Source: a virus
Reading direction: 5' to 3' (one strand)
Length of the DNA: 64,000 bases
Virus record (IMG/VR): IMGVR_UViG_3300025000_001646
Location: 1-64,000 of that record
The translations under genes were made by a program, and so were the position numbers. Shown here piece after piece: positions 11,600-23,226 of this stretch; position 1 is the first letter of the stretch, and every line of letters begins with the position of its first letter. The notes below the pieces were generated by a model. It saw only the letters and a program-made list of their open reading frames with translations. It had not been told where the DNA came from and ran no database searches.

Positions 11600-13489
11600 A
11601 TGTTCAAATACCCTTTTAATTTTAGTAAAAAATACCAAGAAGAAAACAGTTGAGATTGGATTGTTGAATGAATAGCTGCTACTAACGACAAAGACCTACA
11701 GAATCACATTATAGAGACTAGTGCATTAAAAGACGCTAGCAAAGACCTAGAATGAAAAACAGTATTATTCAATCATGACCAAGAAAGGCCTATTGGAGTA
11801 GTAATGTCATCTAATTACGATGAAAAAGAAAAATGAATTATTGTTAAAATTAAAATTTCTAAAGAAGAAGGAGACATTTGGAAAAAAATAAATGACTGAA
11901 CTCTTAATTCCCTTTCAATCTCTGGAGAAATAGAGGATGCAAAGGAATGAGAAGAGGTTTTAAAAATAAAAAAAATGAAACTAAGTGAAGTTTCAATAGT
12001 GTCATTGCCAGCTAATCCAGAGGCTAAAACACTTAATTATTATATTTCTAAAAGTTTAAATAATATGAAAAATTTTAAAAAAGAGATGAGTATGGACGTT
12101 GCGATAACAGAATTAAATAGAATGAAAGATGAATTGAATTGACCTGATGCAGAAGTTGCTGGTTATATTGCTATGTTTTTAGAACAACATAAACAAAAAA
12201 TGATGTGAGAAAAAATGGAGGAAGAAGAAACTGAAGAGACTAAAACTACTGAAACAGAACTTTCAGAAAAAGAAAGTACAGTTTACTTATTAGATTCAGA
12301 ATGAGGTTTAGATGAATCAGACAAAGGTACTTTTAGAAAACAAGTTTTAAGAATTGGTAAATTTTTTCATAAAGGTGCTAAAAATGGTATTCTTAATATT
12401 ACTAAACAATCCCTAGAAAAAATCATTAAGAATTTTAAGAATAAAGTTATAGACAATGTAAGCGTACCAATTACGCATACCTCTGACCCAGCTATGAATA
12501 CTGGGGAAGTAAAAGACTTAATTTTAACTGAAACATGATTAGACGCTATTTTAGAAATTAAAGACAAAAGTATTACCAAAAAAATAAATAAATGATTAAT
12601 TCAAGCTGTTTCAGCATCTATTGAAGAGAATTACGAAGACAAAGAAACTGGAAAAAAAATGTGACCAGTTATTCGTCACGTAGCTCTAGTATCAGAACCA
12701 TATATTAAAAAAATGTCAGCATTTCAAGCAGTTTCGCTTAGTGATGCTGAAAATTATAATCTAGTTTATTTAGAAGAAGAAGAAAAAGTAGAAGAACAAA
12801 TTGAAGAGATTAAAGAAGAACCAAAAGAAGATTTAAAATATGTAATTAATAAATTAATGGAAAAAGTTTCTGCTCTTGAAGCTAAATTTACAGAATCTCC
12901 TAAAGAGGAAACACCAAAAGAGGAAGCAAAAGCCGAGTCTGATGTTGTTGAGTCCAAAGAAGAGGAAAAAATTGAGACTAAAGAAGAAGAAATAAAAGAA
13001 GAGCCTAAAGAAGAAGATTGAATAAAAGAAGCATTTGAAAAAGCAAAACAAACAGAAAAAGAAGAGAAGCAGGAGGAAGAGGAAGACGAGGAAACCGAAC
13101 TTAGTGACACTAAAGCATTAGAGCTTAGTGAAAGAGAACAAGAATTAGTTAAAAAAGAAGCCGAGATTACTTACAACAATTATTTGACACAAGGAAAAAT
13201 AACTCCTTCTCAAAAAGATGTTTTTATTTCTATATTAACATCTAAAACTTGAGCAATTGACTTGGCTGACAATTCTCAAGCAGACCCTAAGAGCTTGATT
13301 AAAGAGTTCTTGGACAAACAGCCTAAGATTTACGACTTCAATGAAATAGGTACTACTCTTGAAAACGAAGCTAAAAACCATAATTCTGTAAATCTCTCAA
13401 GAGATGAAAGAAAGCTATTGGTTGAAACGCTTTGAATGACAGAAAAAGATGCCTTAGAAACAGTAATAGAAGCACGTAAAAATAAATAA
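11600..13489 (+). CDS. Prohead protease/scaffold: HK97-type (S78) protease + Mu gpI-type protease + acidic scaffold; TGA=Gly
   Basis: IVE(TGA)IAAT...VLFNHDQERPIG...LSEVSIVSLPANPEA (HK97 type), then QVLRIGKFFH...VPITH...AVSASI...VIRHVALVSEPYIKKM (Mu type), then an E/K-rich scaffold; single open frame. Confidence 0.85.
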
Positions 13490-13514
13490 TTATTATATAA
13501 CTTATTTTCTTATT

Positions 13515-13934
13515 ATGGCAGTATTAACAGCAGCATATGATGCAAAAAGAAAAGATGGTGAAATCATCGCCTACAAAATAGACGTCACCAAAATTTATAA
13601 AGGTGCATTAGTATGCGAAAATTCATCTGGATATGCAGTAAATGGTGCAGATGCAGCAAACTACACTTTCCTATGAGTAGCTTACGAAACAGTAGACAAT
13701 TCTACAGGTTCAGCTGGTGATTTAAACATTCGTGTTTACAAAACTGGTACTTTCGTTATTCCTAAGGAAGGAGGTGGAGCTTTGCAAACTGATATTGGTC
13801 TAGCTATGTACGTAGAAGACAATCATTCAGTAAATCCTACTGGAGAATCTACTAACAGCGTTCTTGCTGGTTATGTTGTAGAAGTTCCAGACAGTTCTAA
13901 TTTAAGAATTAGAATTGATCGTGCAGTTCAGTAA
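13515..13934 (+). CDS. Capsid cement/decoration protein (DUF2190-like); one TGA=Gly
   Basis: KIYKGALV...TFL(TGA)VAYE...VYKTGTF; lies between the protease and capsid genes. Confidence 0.75.
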
Positions 13935-13968
13935 TTTTATTTTTTATTAATTAACTTTTTAAATCTAT

Positions 13969-14913
13969 ATGGATTTAGTAAGATCAGATTTAACAAATCT
14001 ATTGAAAGCTGGTATGAAAAAGGAATTTTTCAAGGCTTTCGAATCAGAAGAAACTGCTTATAAAGCAATCGTAACTGAAACTTCTTCTGATAAAAATCAA
14101 GAAGTTTATCCATTTTTAGGTTCTTCTCCTACAATTTCTGAATGGAAAGATGAGAGAAAACCAGTTGGAATGACTGAATATTCTAAAACAATCGTAAACT
14201 ATGATTGGGAAGGAAGTCTAGGAGTTGAAACAAATGCTATTGACGATGAACAATATGGTCAAATCAAACTTCGGGTTCAAGATTTAGGTGGTCAATTTGC
14301 TCGTTTCTATGATGAATTAGTTTTCTCTTTAGTAAGAATGGGTAATTCTACTTCTGCTACTGCTGGAACAATTCTTGAAGGAAAAAGTATTACCGCTTAT
14401 GATGGAAAAGCTATGTTTGCAAATGATCATTCAGAAGGTGATTCAGGAACTATAGACAACTATGGAACTACTGCTTTTGGATCTAATGAACTTAAAGCAA
14501 TTATCACTGCTATGATGAAATTCAAAAATGACAAGGGTCGTTATGCTGGAATTACACCAAATCTTTTGGCAGTTTCTCCAGATGTTAAATGGGATGCTAT
14601 GGAAAAATTAAACTCTGTATATTACCCAGAAGAAGGAACAACCACTTCTAAAATGTCAAACAACGTATTGAAAGGTGCTTTGGATTTGATTGTTTCTCCT
14701 TGGTTAACTGACACAAACGATTATTTCGTTTTTGACACTACTAAGGCAATTAAACCAATCATTCTTCAAACTCGTAAAACTCCAGAATTTACTGCTCTAG
14801 ACACTGGTACTGAATCATTGTTTATGAGAAAACGTATTTTCTACGGAGTAGATGCTCGTATTGGTATTGGTTGGTCAAACTATAGACTTGGTTATGGAGA
14901 ATTTGTTGCTTAG
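13969..14913 (+). CDS. Major capsid protein, Mu gpT-like
   Basis: YPFLGSSPTISEWKDER...AIDDEQYGQI...YDGKAMFANDH...KPIILQTRK...FYGVDAR; no internal TGA. Confidence 0.9.
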   Translation: MDLVRSDLTNLLKAGMKKEFFKAFESEETAYKAIVTETSSDKNQEVYPFLGSSPTISEWKDERKPVGMTEYSKTIVNYDWEGSLGVETNAIDDEQYGQIKLRVQDLGGQFARFYDELVFSLVRMGNSTSATAGTILEGKSITAYDGKAMFANDHSEGDSGTIDNYGTTAFGSNELKAIITAMMKFKNDKGRYAGITPNLLAVSPDVKWDAMEKLNSVYYPEEGTTTSKMSNNVLKGALDLIVSPWLTDTNDYFVFDTTKAIKPIILQTRKTPEFTALDTGTESLFMRKRIFYGVDARIGIGWSNYRLGYGEFVA

Positions 14914-14922
14914 TTAGAAATT

Positions 14923-14956
14923 AAAAGAAGGGATCAGAAATGGTCTCTTCTTTTTT
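14923..14956 (+). terminator. Intrinsic terminator after the capsid gene
   Basis: AAAAGAAGGGATCA-gaaa-TGGTCTCTTCTTTT followed by T run. Confidence 0.75.
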
Positions 14957-15319
14957 GACTTTTGATTTTTACTTTGTTATACTATTTATAGATTTTACAA
15001 TGCGGTTTGTAAAATCATAGCGGATTTCAAAATGGTTAAGAAAAGACTTGGTGAGTCAATTTCTCTATTAGAGAAAATCCAAGCCTTTTCTTATTATAAA
15101 ATATTTTTATATTTAGTAAAGTGAAAAGATGCTAAGAATTTTCTTTTTTTCTAAAAAAGTAATATAATTATTTTAAGATTAATAGCACAATCTTTAAAAT
15201 AAAGTATTAAGTCGTTTTATGTAATCGCTGGGAAGATTGTGCTAACTTTGATCCCAGCGATTTTTTGTTTTACATATCCATATAATATCCATAATCTAAA
15301 CTGACTCAATGTCGAATAT

Positions 15320-15570
15320 GGTATTGGTGTTGACTAGCGAAATCCGTTAGGGAAGAGTAGACTCGGTAAACATACCGCAAATCTTCTTTTAAAGAATTAA
15401 TAGGTTAGTGTATAACCGCACCCCCTTACACTATTACAATAAAAAATCTATTAATACATGGCGGGGTTCAATTAATGCAATTGACTGGACTAGGCAGAAC
15501 CTATTATTGTAATATAGGAAATAATCCCTGCCATTCAGAGCTTAAGAAAATTCCTAACGAGTAGTACCGA
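15320..15570 (+). ncRNA. Candidate structured ncRNA in a ~1-kb non-coding gap
   Basis: Locally GC-richer, with long-range complementary pairs CGTTAGG/CCTAACG, TAGGTT/AACCTA, TATTACAATAA/TTATTGTAATA and ATGGCGGGG/CCCTGCCAT; no ORF. Strand is inferred. Confidence 0.45.
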
Positions 15571-15871
15571 AAAAAAGAGTTATTCTTTTTCTTTTCCTTT
15601 AACCAGGAAGCCTGGACTGTTTTTAAATTTTTAAGAATTTTTCCTAAAAAAAACAAAATAAAAAGGCTAAACAAATAAGATTAAAAAAAGTAATAGCAAA
15701 AAACAAAGAAAGAGTAATAATAGAAGAAAAAAGAAATCTCCAAAAAAACCAAACCTAGTTACTACAAGAAACCTACATTTGGAAAAACAATGTAAGAGTA
15801 GTAATTAACAGGTTGGAATTTTTTTTATTTAGAATATTATATAAAAAAACTAGAAAAATATAAAAATTCTA

Positions 15872-15900
15872 TTGATTTTGTAAAATTCTACTGTTAAAAT
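15872..15900 (+). promoter_or_regulatory. sigma70-like promoter, probably leaderless, of the glycosylation operon
   Basis: TTGATT-17 bp-TAAAAT, followed by ATAATTA and ATG 15908. Confidence 0.6.
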
Positions 15901-15907
15901 ATAATTA

Positions 15908-16693
15908 ATGATTGAAAAAATAATTAAAGATCGAGCAGATGTGCATATAATAACTCTTAATTATAAGAGGTTAGATTGCACTAAAGAATTATTAAAATCA
16001 CTTAGGAAAAATATTTCTTGAGTAGATTATATCGTTACTATAGTAAATAACGATGATGACGAAGAAGCTAATGAATGGATTAAAAAACAAGAAGATTGTA
16101 ATTACATCCTAGATACTGGCAATCTAGGTTTTTCTCGTTGAAATAATTTAGCTTTTGAAAAAGTAAAATCAAAATATACGCTCTTTATTAACAATGACAT
16201 TACTGTTAATAAAGGCTTTTTGAAAAAGATGATTGAGAGTATTGAAAAAGAAGAAATTAATGCTGCTGTCGGTTGTAAAATAGTCCACCCAGAAACTAAA
16301 AAAATAATGCATGCTGGTATTATATTTAATACCGCTGGTTTACCATTAGAAAGATGAAAATGAATACCAAATAATAATAAACTATTCGTAAATGAATATG
16401 AACCTATGAATGCTTGTACTGCGGCTTGTCTTTTAGTTAGATCAAAAATATTTGATTTTTTTAGATGATTTGATCCTACTTATGTAAATGGTTGGGAAGA
16501 CAATGATTTTAACATGAGAATGAGAGAAAGAGGATACCAAATAATCTATAATTGATGAGTTTTGGTTTACCATCTTGAATCTGCTTCGCCTTGAAGACAC
16601 TTAAAAGAAAAAGAAAATGTAGATTTATTCATTCAAAGATGGATTAAAACTGGAAAAGTATTTAAAATAACTTCTTGTAACCTCAAAAAATAA
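15908..16693 (+). CDS. Glycosyltransferase family 2; TGA=Gly
   Basis: IITLNY...NLGFSR(TGA)NN...LFINND...ACLLV...WEDND. Confidence 0.85.
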
Positions 16694-17508
16694 TGAATAT
16701 TTCAATAATCATACCAACTTATAATAGACCAGACTTACTTAGGCTTTGTCTGACTTCTTTATTGAATCAGAATTGTAGAAATTTTGAGGCTATTGTTGTA
16801 GATGATTGAAGTAGTGAAGACATTATGTGAGTAGTAAAGGAATTTGAAAATGTACTTGAAATAAAATATTTTTGGCAAAAAGATTTATGATTTAGAGCTG
16901 GTGAAGCTAGAAATTTTGGTGCTAGAATTTCTAACACTGATAATTTTCTTTTTTTAGATAGTCATATAGTCTTGAATAAATTTGCAGTGGCACACTATAT
17001 AAACTATGCAAAAGCTAATCCAGACCTTACTATTCTTGGTAGATATGATTGGCTTGCTCCTATGAGAATTGGTTATGCTGATTTATTTATTCACTGGGAT
17101 CAAATTATTAATAACGAATTACCAAAAACTAAAATAGAATGAGAAATAGGTTATATAGGCAAAGACCCTAGAACACTTAAAATAGAAACAGTCATTGAAA
17201 AATGGGGAACTGATTGTTTTAGTGGTAACCTTTTTATACCTCGAAAACAATTTGAGGAAATAGGTGGCTTTGATATAGCAATACAATGACACGGTGGCGA
17301 AGACCCAGAGCTTGGAATGAGATTAGAAAAAGCTGGTTACAAAGCTTTATTTTCAGAAAATGTTATAGGCTACCATATTTACCATAAGAGAAATCAAGAA
17401 GAAAATATTAAAAGTTTAGAAAAAAATGTGGCTTATATAGCAGAAAAACATGGTAAGGATTTTAAAGAACTTCTTGACATACTTAGTCGCAGAAAACAAT
17501 ATACTTAA
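16693..17508 (+). CDS. Glycosyltransferase family 2; TGA=Gly
   Basis: MNISIIIPTYNR...VVDD(TGA)S...RNFGA...FLDS...HGGED. Confidence 0.9.
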
Positions 17509-17520
17509 TCTTTTTAAAAA

Positions 17521-18558
17521 ATGTTTAAATTTTCGGTAATAATACCAGCATATAATTTTCCAAATCATCTTGACTGTTGTTTGATGGCTTTGACTAGACA
17601 AACTTTCAAAGATTTTGAAGTTATAGTAGTAGATGATTGAAGCAAAGAAAGTTTGAAAGTAATTACAGACAAATACACAGACAAACTTCCATTAACTTAT
17701 ATTAGAAACGAAAAAGAAAAAGACATCTGGAAGGCGGGGCAAGCTAGAAATATTGGAATAAACTTTGCTAAAGACCACGAATCTACTTATTTTCTTTTCT
17801 TGGACAGCCACGTTGCTCTTAATCCTCTTGCAATGGAGTATTACAACGAATATTCAATTAGACATCCAAACACTGTTATTATAGGCAAATATAATTGGAT
17901 GCCTCCTATGATTATAATTCCCGAAGACATAGAAAAAAGATTTAAAGATTTTACTGAAAGAAAACTTCCACTTGACCCTAAAAATGAAGACTTGGGATTA
18001 ATATGTGAAGACCCTAGGTGAACTAATACTTGGATTAAAAAAGAAAGACAAGCTCCAGATGAAAATAAAGGTAGTCAATGGGGGCTAGGTGCTTGGACTG
18101 GTAATGTTTGTTACCCGAAAGAAGCTATTATGAAAATTGGTGGATTTTTAGACATACTAGAAAATCATAATGGAGAAGATGGTTGTTTAGGTGTAGCTGT
18201 AGAAAGACTTGGTTATTGGGCTTGCTTCTCTGACGAGGTTATAGGTTACCATATTTGGCATAATAGACCAAAAGACGCTAACAAACACACCCTAGACAAT
18301 ATAGATTTTATAGATTATGTCCATCTTATTGGTAAGTTTTGGAAATTTAATGACAGTGAAAGAAACTTAATCAAAGAAGATGTTAGAAGAGTAGCTAACG
18401 GCGAACAACCTTTAGAGCTTAATAAATCAGAAAGACAAAATCCTTGAAGTTTACATCTTCAAAATCCTAAACTACTTTTAGAAAGAATAGAAATTTTTGA
18501 AAATTCTACCTCTCCTTATGTTTTTAACTATAAAAATATATGACATCCAGTCTCTTAA
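17521..18558 (+). CDS. Glycosyltransferase family 2 (paralog of 16693..17508); TGA=Gly
   Basis: FSVIIPAYN...VVDD(TGA)S...ARNIG...FLDSH...NGEDG. Confidence 0.9.
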
Positions 18559-19361
18559 TAACGAGCTATAAAAGAACGGCACTATTGAGAAGGTCGCTAC
18601 TTACTTACAAAACTTTTCCCGATGAAATTATAGTAATCAATGATTGAGGTTGAGATAATTTGCTGGATTTAGTTAAAGAAAAATCACAAGAAATAAAAGT
18701 GAAATGGAAATATTATGACAACTGACCAAAAGAGTATGGTAATTGTGCTAAGGCTAGAAATATTTGATTAAAAATAGCTGAATGAGATATATTGATGACT
18801 ACCGAGCCAGAGCTTATGTTTATTTCAGACCCTATTAAGCAAGCCTTAGATTATTTTGAGAAAGACAAAAATATTAGTCTAGCCTCTGGAACGGTTTATT
18901 TTTCTCAAAAATATTCTCAAACAGACTTAATTGAACAACTAGACTGGAATGATGTAAACAAGGCTATGGAAGTAGTAAATAAATATGCTAAAAAATATTA
19001 TACAGGCTATGTCTCTAATAATTGAGACATCTATTATGTAGAAGACAATCAAGCACCTTTCTTTTGAGCTTACTGGCGAGAAGATTTACTAGAGCAAAAA
19101 GGATGGAACGAAGATTTTGTTTTTTGGTGAAATGAAGACAACGAATTACAACATAGACTTGAAATGTCTCCAAACAGAATAAAACATAGCAACTTTTCAG
19201 ATATTAAAGTTTTCCACCAATTCCACGAAAGACCGCCTCAAAAAGCAATGTGAGATTGTAACCAATGACTATTAGACAGATTAAACTTGGAACAAAAATT
19301 TACTTGTAACGAATGAGATTGGTGAAAATATGACTCTTCTAAAATTATAACTTTTAATTAA
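18540..19361 (+). CDS. Glycosyltransferase family 2; TGA=Gly
   Basis: SLLITSYKR...IIVIND(TGA)G...ARNI(TGA)LK...FW(TGA)NEDN. Confidence 0.85.
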
Positions 19362-19362
19362 A

Positions 19363-20445
19363 ATGAAAATTCTTATTACAGGTTGAGCTGGATTTATTGG
19401 CTCAAACATAGCAAAAAAAGCTATTGAAAAATGACACTCTGTTATTGCTTTTGATAATCTTTGTAGAGAAGGCACAGAGGAAAATGTAAAAATACTTAAG
19501 GAAGTTAGTTATAATCATCCTATAATTAAATGAGATTATATTATTAATCCATATAAATTAGTTAGATGAGACATTAGGAGCGATGCCGACATTGACAAGT
19601 TAGTAAAGAATGAAGATTTTGATGCTATTATTCACATGGCCGCTAATCCTGGTGTGCCTTGGTCTACAATGTATCCTAAATATGATTTTGAACAAAACGC
19701 TCTTGGTACTTTGAATATGTTAGAAGTAGCAAGAAAATTAAATATTCCTTTTATTTATGCCTCTACAAACAAGACTTTTGATTGTTCTTTAAATGACATA
19801 CCAGAAACAGAAGGAGAAAAAAGGTATGACTGGGATTTGACTGGATTAGAGATTAAAGGCATAACAGAAAAAGGCGTAGATCATCACTTCAATACAACTA
19901 GCCCAGAAGGTTCTCAACACTCAAATTATGGAGTGTCTAAATTAACTGGGGATTTATATTGTCAAGATTATTTCAGAACTTATGGTGTAAAGACTGTTAT
20001 AAATCGTATGAGCTGCATATACGGTTTAATGCAAAAAGGCTGTGAAGACCAGTGATGGGTCGACTATTTTGTTAGAAAAATTGCTTTTGGTGATTGAAAA
20101 TTAAATATATATGGTAACGGAAAACAAGTTAGAGATTTGCTTTTTGGCGAAGATGTGGCTGAACTTTATATTACTGAATTAGAAAATATAGACAAATGTG
20201 CTGGAGAAGTATTTGTTATAGGTGGTGGAAGAGAAAATTCTATGTCTTTAATTGAAGTAATTGAAGAAATAGAAAAACAGAGTGGAAAAAAGTCAGAACT
20301 TAAATTTGACAAACCAAGACCCGCTGACCATAATATTTTTTACTGTTCGACAGAAAAAGCAGAAAGAATTTTAGGTTGGAAACCAAAAATAAGTATCAGT
20401 GAAGGTATTGCTAAAATGATTAATCAATATAACTTTTCTAAATAA
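19363..20445 (+). CDS. NAD-dependent sugar epimerase, CDP-paratose 2-epimerase (RfbE)-like; TGA=Gly
   Basis: MKILITG(TGA)AGFIGS, YASTNK, SNYGVSK, RMSCIYG...EDQ(TGA)WV, GNGKQVRD. Confidence 0.85.
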
Positions 20446-21072
20446 ATGAAACTTTCAGAAAATTTACAAAGCGAACTTAAAAGCTGGGTAGATGCAGATG
20501 ACGAAAATAAACTTGAAAGAGAATATATAAGATACCATAGAATGATTGAAGAGATGCTTTTAAACAAATTAAACTTAGCAAAAAGAAGTGTATTAGATAT
20601 TGGTTGCTGACCTTATTCAATATTAAATTTATTAGATTGTAAAAAAAAGACAGTTATAGACCCTCTTATTGATGATTATAATAAACATTTTGGTTTTAAT
20701 CCAGAAATTAATTATGTAAAATGAGTAGGAGAAAAAATGCCTTTTGAAAAAAATAGTTTTGATTTAGTAATAACAATGAACTCGCTAGACCATTGTGAAA
20801 ATCCAGATGAAGTAATTAAAGAAATCAGAAGAGTAATAAAACCAAGCGGATATTTAGCAATTCATATTTGTATTAACAACGCCATAAACAACCCACACCC
20901 TAGCCACAAAATCAATATAAATAGCGAATGGCTACATAATAGACTAGACGATATGTTTGAAACTGTCAGCGAAAAAGTAGTGCCTTATTGATGGCAGATT
21001 GACAAAACAACAGGAAAAAGATGACAGCCAGCTATTGCTTTACTTATGCGAAATTGTAACTTTAACAAATAA
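20446..21072 (+). CDS. Class I SAM-dependent methyltransferase; TGA=Gly
   Basis: VLDIGC(TGA)P motif I; MPFEKNSFDLV...NSLDH...RVIKPSG. Confidence 0.85.
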
Positions 21073-21248
21073 TGAAAAAAACTTGCAATCAATGTAAAGA
21101 AGAAATGATTCTTATAGACAATCTAGAAATTTTTGAGAAGAAAAAGAAAGAAAGTAAGTCTATATTTAGAGCCTATGTTTGCAGGAATCCTAAATGCCCA
21201 AACTATGCTTTATTACAAATTCCTTTAGAGGAAATGACTAAAAATTAA
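21072..21248 (+). CDS. Small Cys-rich (zinc-binding) protein
   Basis: CNQC...CRNPKC; TAATG overlap with the upstream gene. Confidence 0.5.
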   Translation: MKKTCNQCKEEMILIDNLEIFEKKKKESKSIFRAYVCRNPKCPNYALLQIPLEEMTKN

Positions 21249-21260
21249 TTTTATTTATTT

Positions 21261-21410
21261 ATGAAAAAAGAAGAAAAAATTAAAATACCTCAAATTGAAA
21301 TATCTCAAAAAGTAATTGATGTATTAACATTAGACGAATTGAAAATAACAGTAAATTTATCAAAAATACTTATAAAAAATCATCCATTAATAAAAATTAA
21401 AATTTCATAA
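21261..21410 (+). CDS. Small hypothetical protein
   Basis: 49-aa ORF with a T-rich leader. Confidence 0.4.
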   Translation: MKKEEKIKIPQIEISQKVIDVLTLDELKITVNLSKILIKNHPLIKIKIS

Positions 21411-21435
21411 TATTTAATATATAAATAATTTACCT

Positions 21436-22287
21436 ATGAAAAAACCATTAATCTGATTTATTTGACAAGGTTGGATTGGAAAAAATTATTCTGATGACCT
21501 TGAAAATAGATGTTATGAAGTTATTAGATACTCTCTTGATCCTCAATATATTTGAAACAAAGACAAAATAAAAGACGCCGACATTGTATTTTTAGCTGTT
21601 CCTACTCCAAGCACTCCAGAATGATTTGACTTTTCAATTGTTAGAGAATGATTGAGTCTTGTTTGAGATTGAAAAATAGCCGTTATTAAGTCTACAATCT
21701 TGCCTTGAACTACCGACAAATTACAAGCAGAATTTCCAGAAATTTATCTTTTTCACTCTCCAGAATTTTTGGCAGAGGCTACAGCTAAACAAGATGTAGA
21801 AAATCCAGACAGAAATATAGTTGGCTATACAGAAAAATCTCAATGTAAGGCTAGTGATGTTATGAGCGTTCTTCCAGTAGCTCCTTATGAGAAAATAATT
21901 CCAGTTAAAGAAGCAGAACTTATTAAATATGGCGGAAATTGTTTTTTCTATTTTAAGGTTATTTATTGAAATTTGCTTTATGACATGGCTAAGAAACTTT
22001 GACTTGATTATGAAATAGTACTAGATTGAGTATATAATGACAAAAGAATCGGCAGGACACACCTCAATCCTATTCATAAAAATTGAAGATGAGCTGGAGG
22101 CCACTGCTTCGTCAAAGACCTTTGTGCCTTCTACGAACTATATTCTAAAATTAATTCAGAAGACAAAGAAGGTATAGAACTTTTGAGAAAACTACAGGAA
22201 AAAAATATTAAACTTATGAAGGATTCAAACAAAGATTTAGATTTATTGAAAGGAGTATATTGAGAAAATTTAACTTTAAACTTTTAA
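21436..22287 (+). CDS. UDP-glucose/GDP-mannose dehydrogenase family protein (short form); TGA=Gly
   Basis: I(TGA)FI(TGA)QGWIG, AVPTP, IKSTILP(TGA)T, SPEFL, AELIKY, catalytic (TGA)AGGHCFVKD. Confidence 0.9.
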
Positions 22288-23226
22288 ATGATATTAGTCA
22301 CTGGTGGTTATTGATTTATTGGTAGCAATTATATAAAACACTTAATCGAGAAATGAGAAAGTGTTATTAATATTGATAAACTTACTTATGCTTGAGATGT
22401 TTCTAATCTTCCAGAAAGTGACAAAATAAAGAATTTTCAAATTGACATTAATGACAAGAATTTAGTATATGATGTATTAAAAGAATACAAGCCAGAAACA
22501 ATTATACACTTCGCAGCCGACAGTCACGTGGACAATTCGATTCAAGACCCTAGCCCTTTCATAGTCAATAATATTCTTGGAACTTATAACTTACTAGAGG
22601 CTCTTAGAAAATATGGAAAAGCTAAAAAAATAATTATAATTAGCACTGACGAAGTGTATTGAAGCACCGAATATTGGGGTGTAGAAGAAGATTATAGATT
22701 TGAGCCAAACTCTCCATATTCAGCCTCTAAGGCTTCTGCCGAATGCTTAGCTTATTCCTATTACAAGACTTTTGACTTACCTATTATTATAACAAGAAGC
22801 TCTAATGTTTATTGACCTAACCAACAAGAAGAGAAGCTAATACCTAAAATAATTTCCAAATCATTAGATAAATCGGAAATTCCGATTTATTGAAATGGTA
22901 AAAATAAACGCTGGTGGTTGTCTGTATATGATTTGTGTAATGCTCTTGATTTATTAATTAAAAAAGGAAAAGTTTGAGAAAAATATAATATAAAATGAGA
23001 CTCTGAACTTTCTTCATTACAGATTGCTAAAATATTTAAAAAAACAATGTGAGATGATTTGAAAATTAAGTTTGTAGCTGACAGAAAAGCACACGACAAG
23101 AGGTATAATATTAATGACAGCAAGATTAGAGAATTATGATTTAGGAATAAACATAAATTTAAGAAAGAATCGAGAAATTTGGTATTTAATTTTATTACTA
23201 AACTTTTTGAAAAATGGAAGGATTAA
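22288..23226 (+). CDS. rmlB: dTDP-glucose 4,6-dehydratase; TGA=Gly
   Basis: MILVTGGY(TGA)FIGSN, DKLTYA(TGA), [18 protein letters not shown](TGA), [11 protein letters not shown]. Confidence 0.9.

Noticed and set aside
15620-15870. ORF in the A-rich stretch before the GT operon
   Set aside because: Low complexity, with no convincing start, leader or motif in either code.
18538-18558. ATGA overlaps as proof that TGA is a stop
   Set aside because: Recoded genes also show ATGA overlaps followed by a short tail to TAA/TAG (18540, 57133, 60264), so overlaps are only suggestive.
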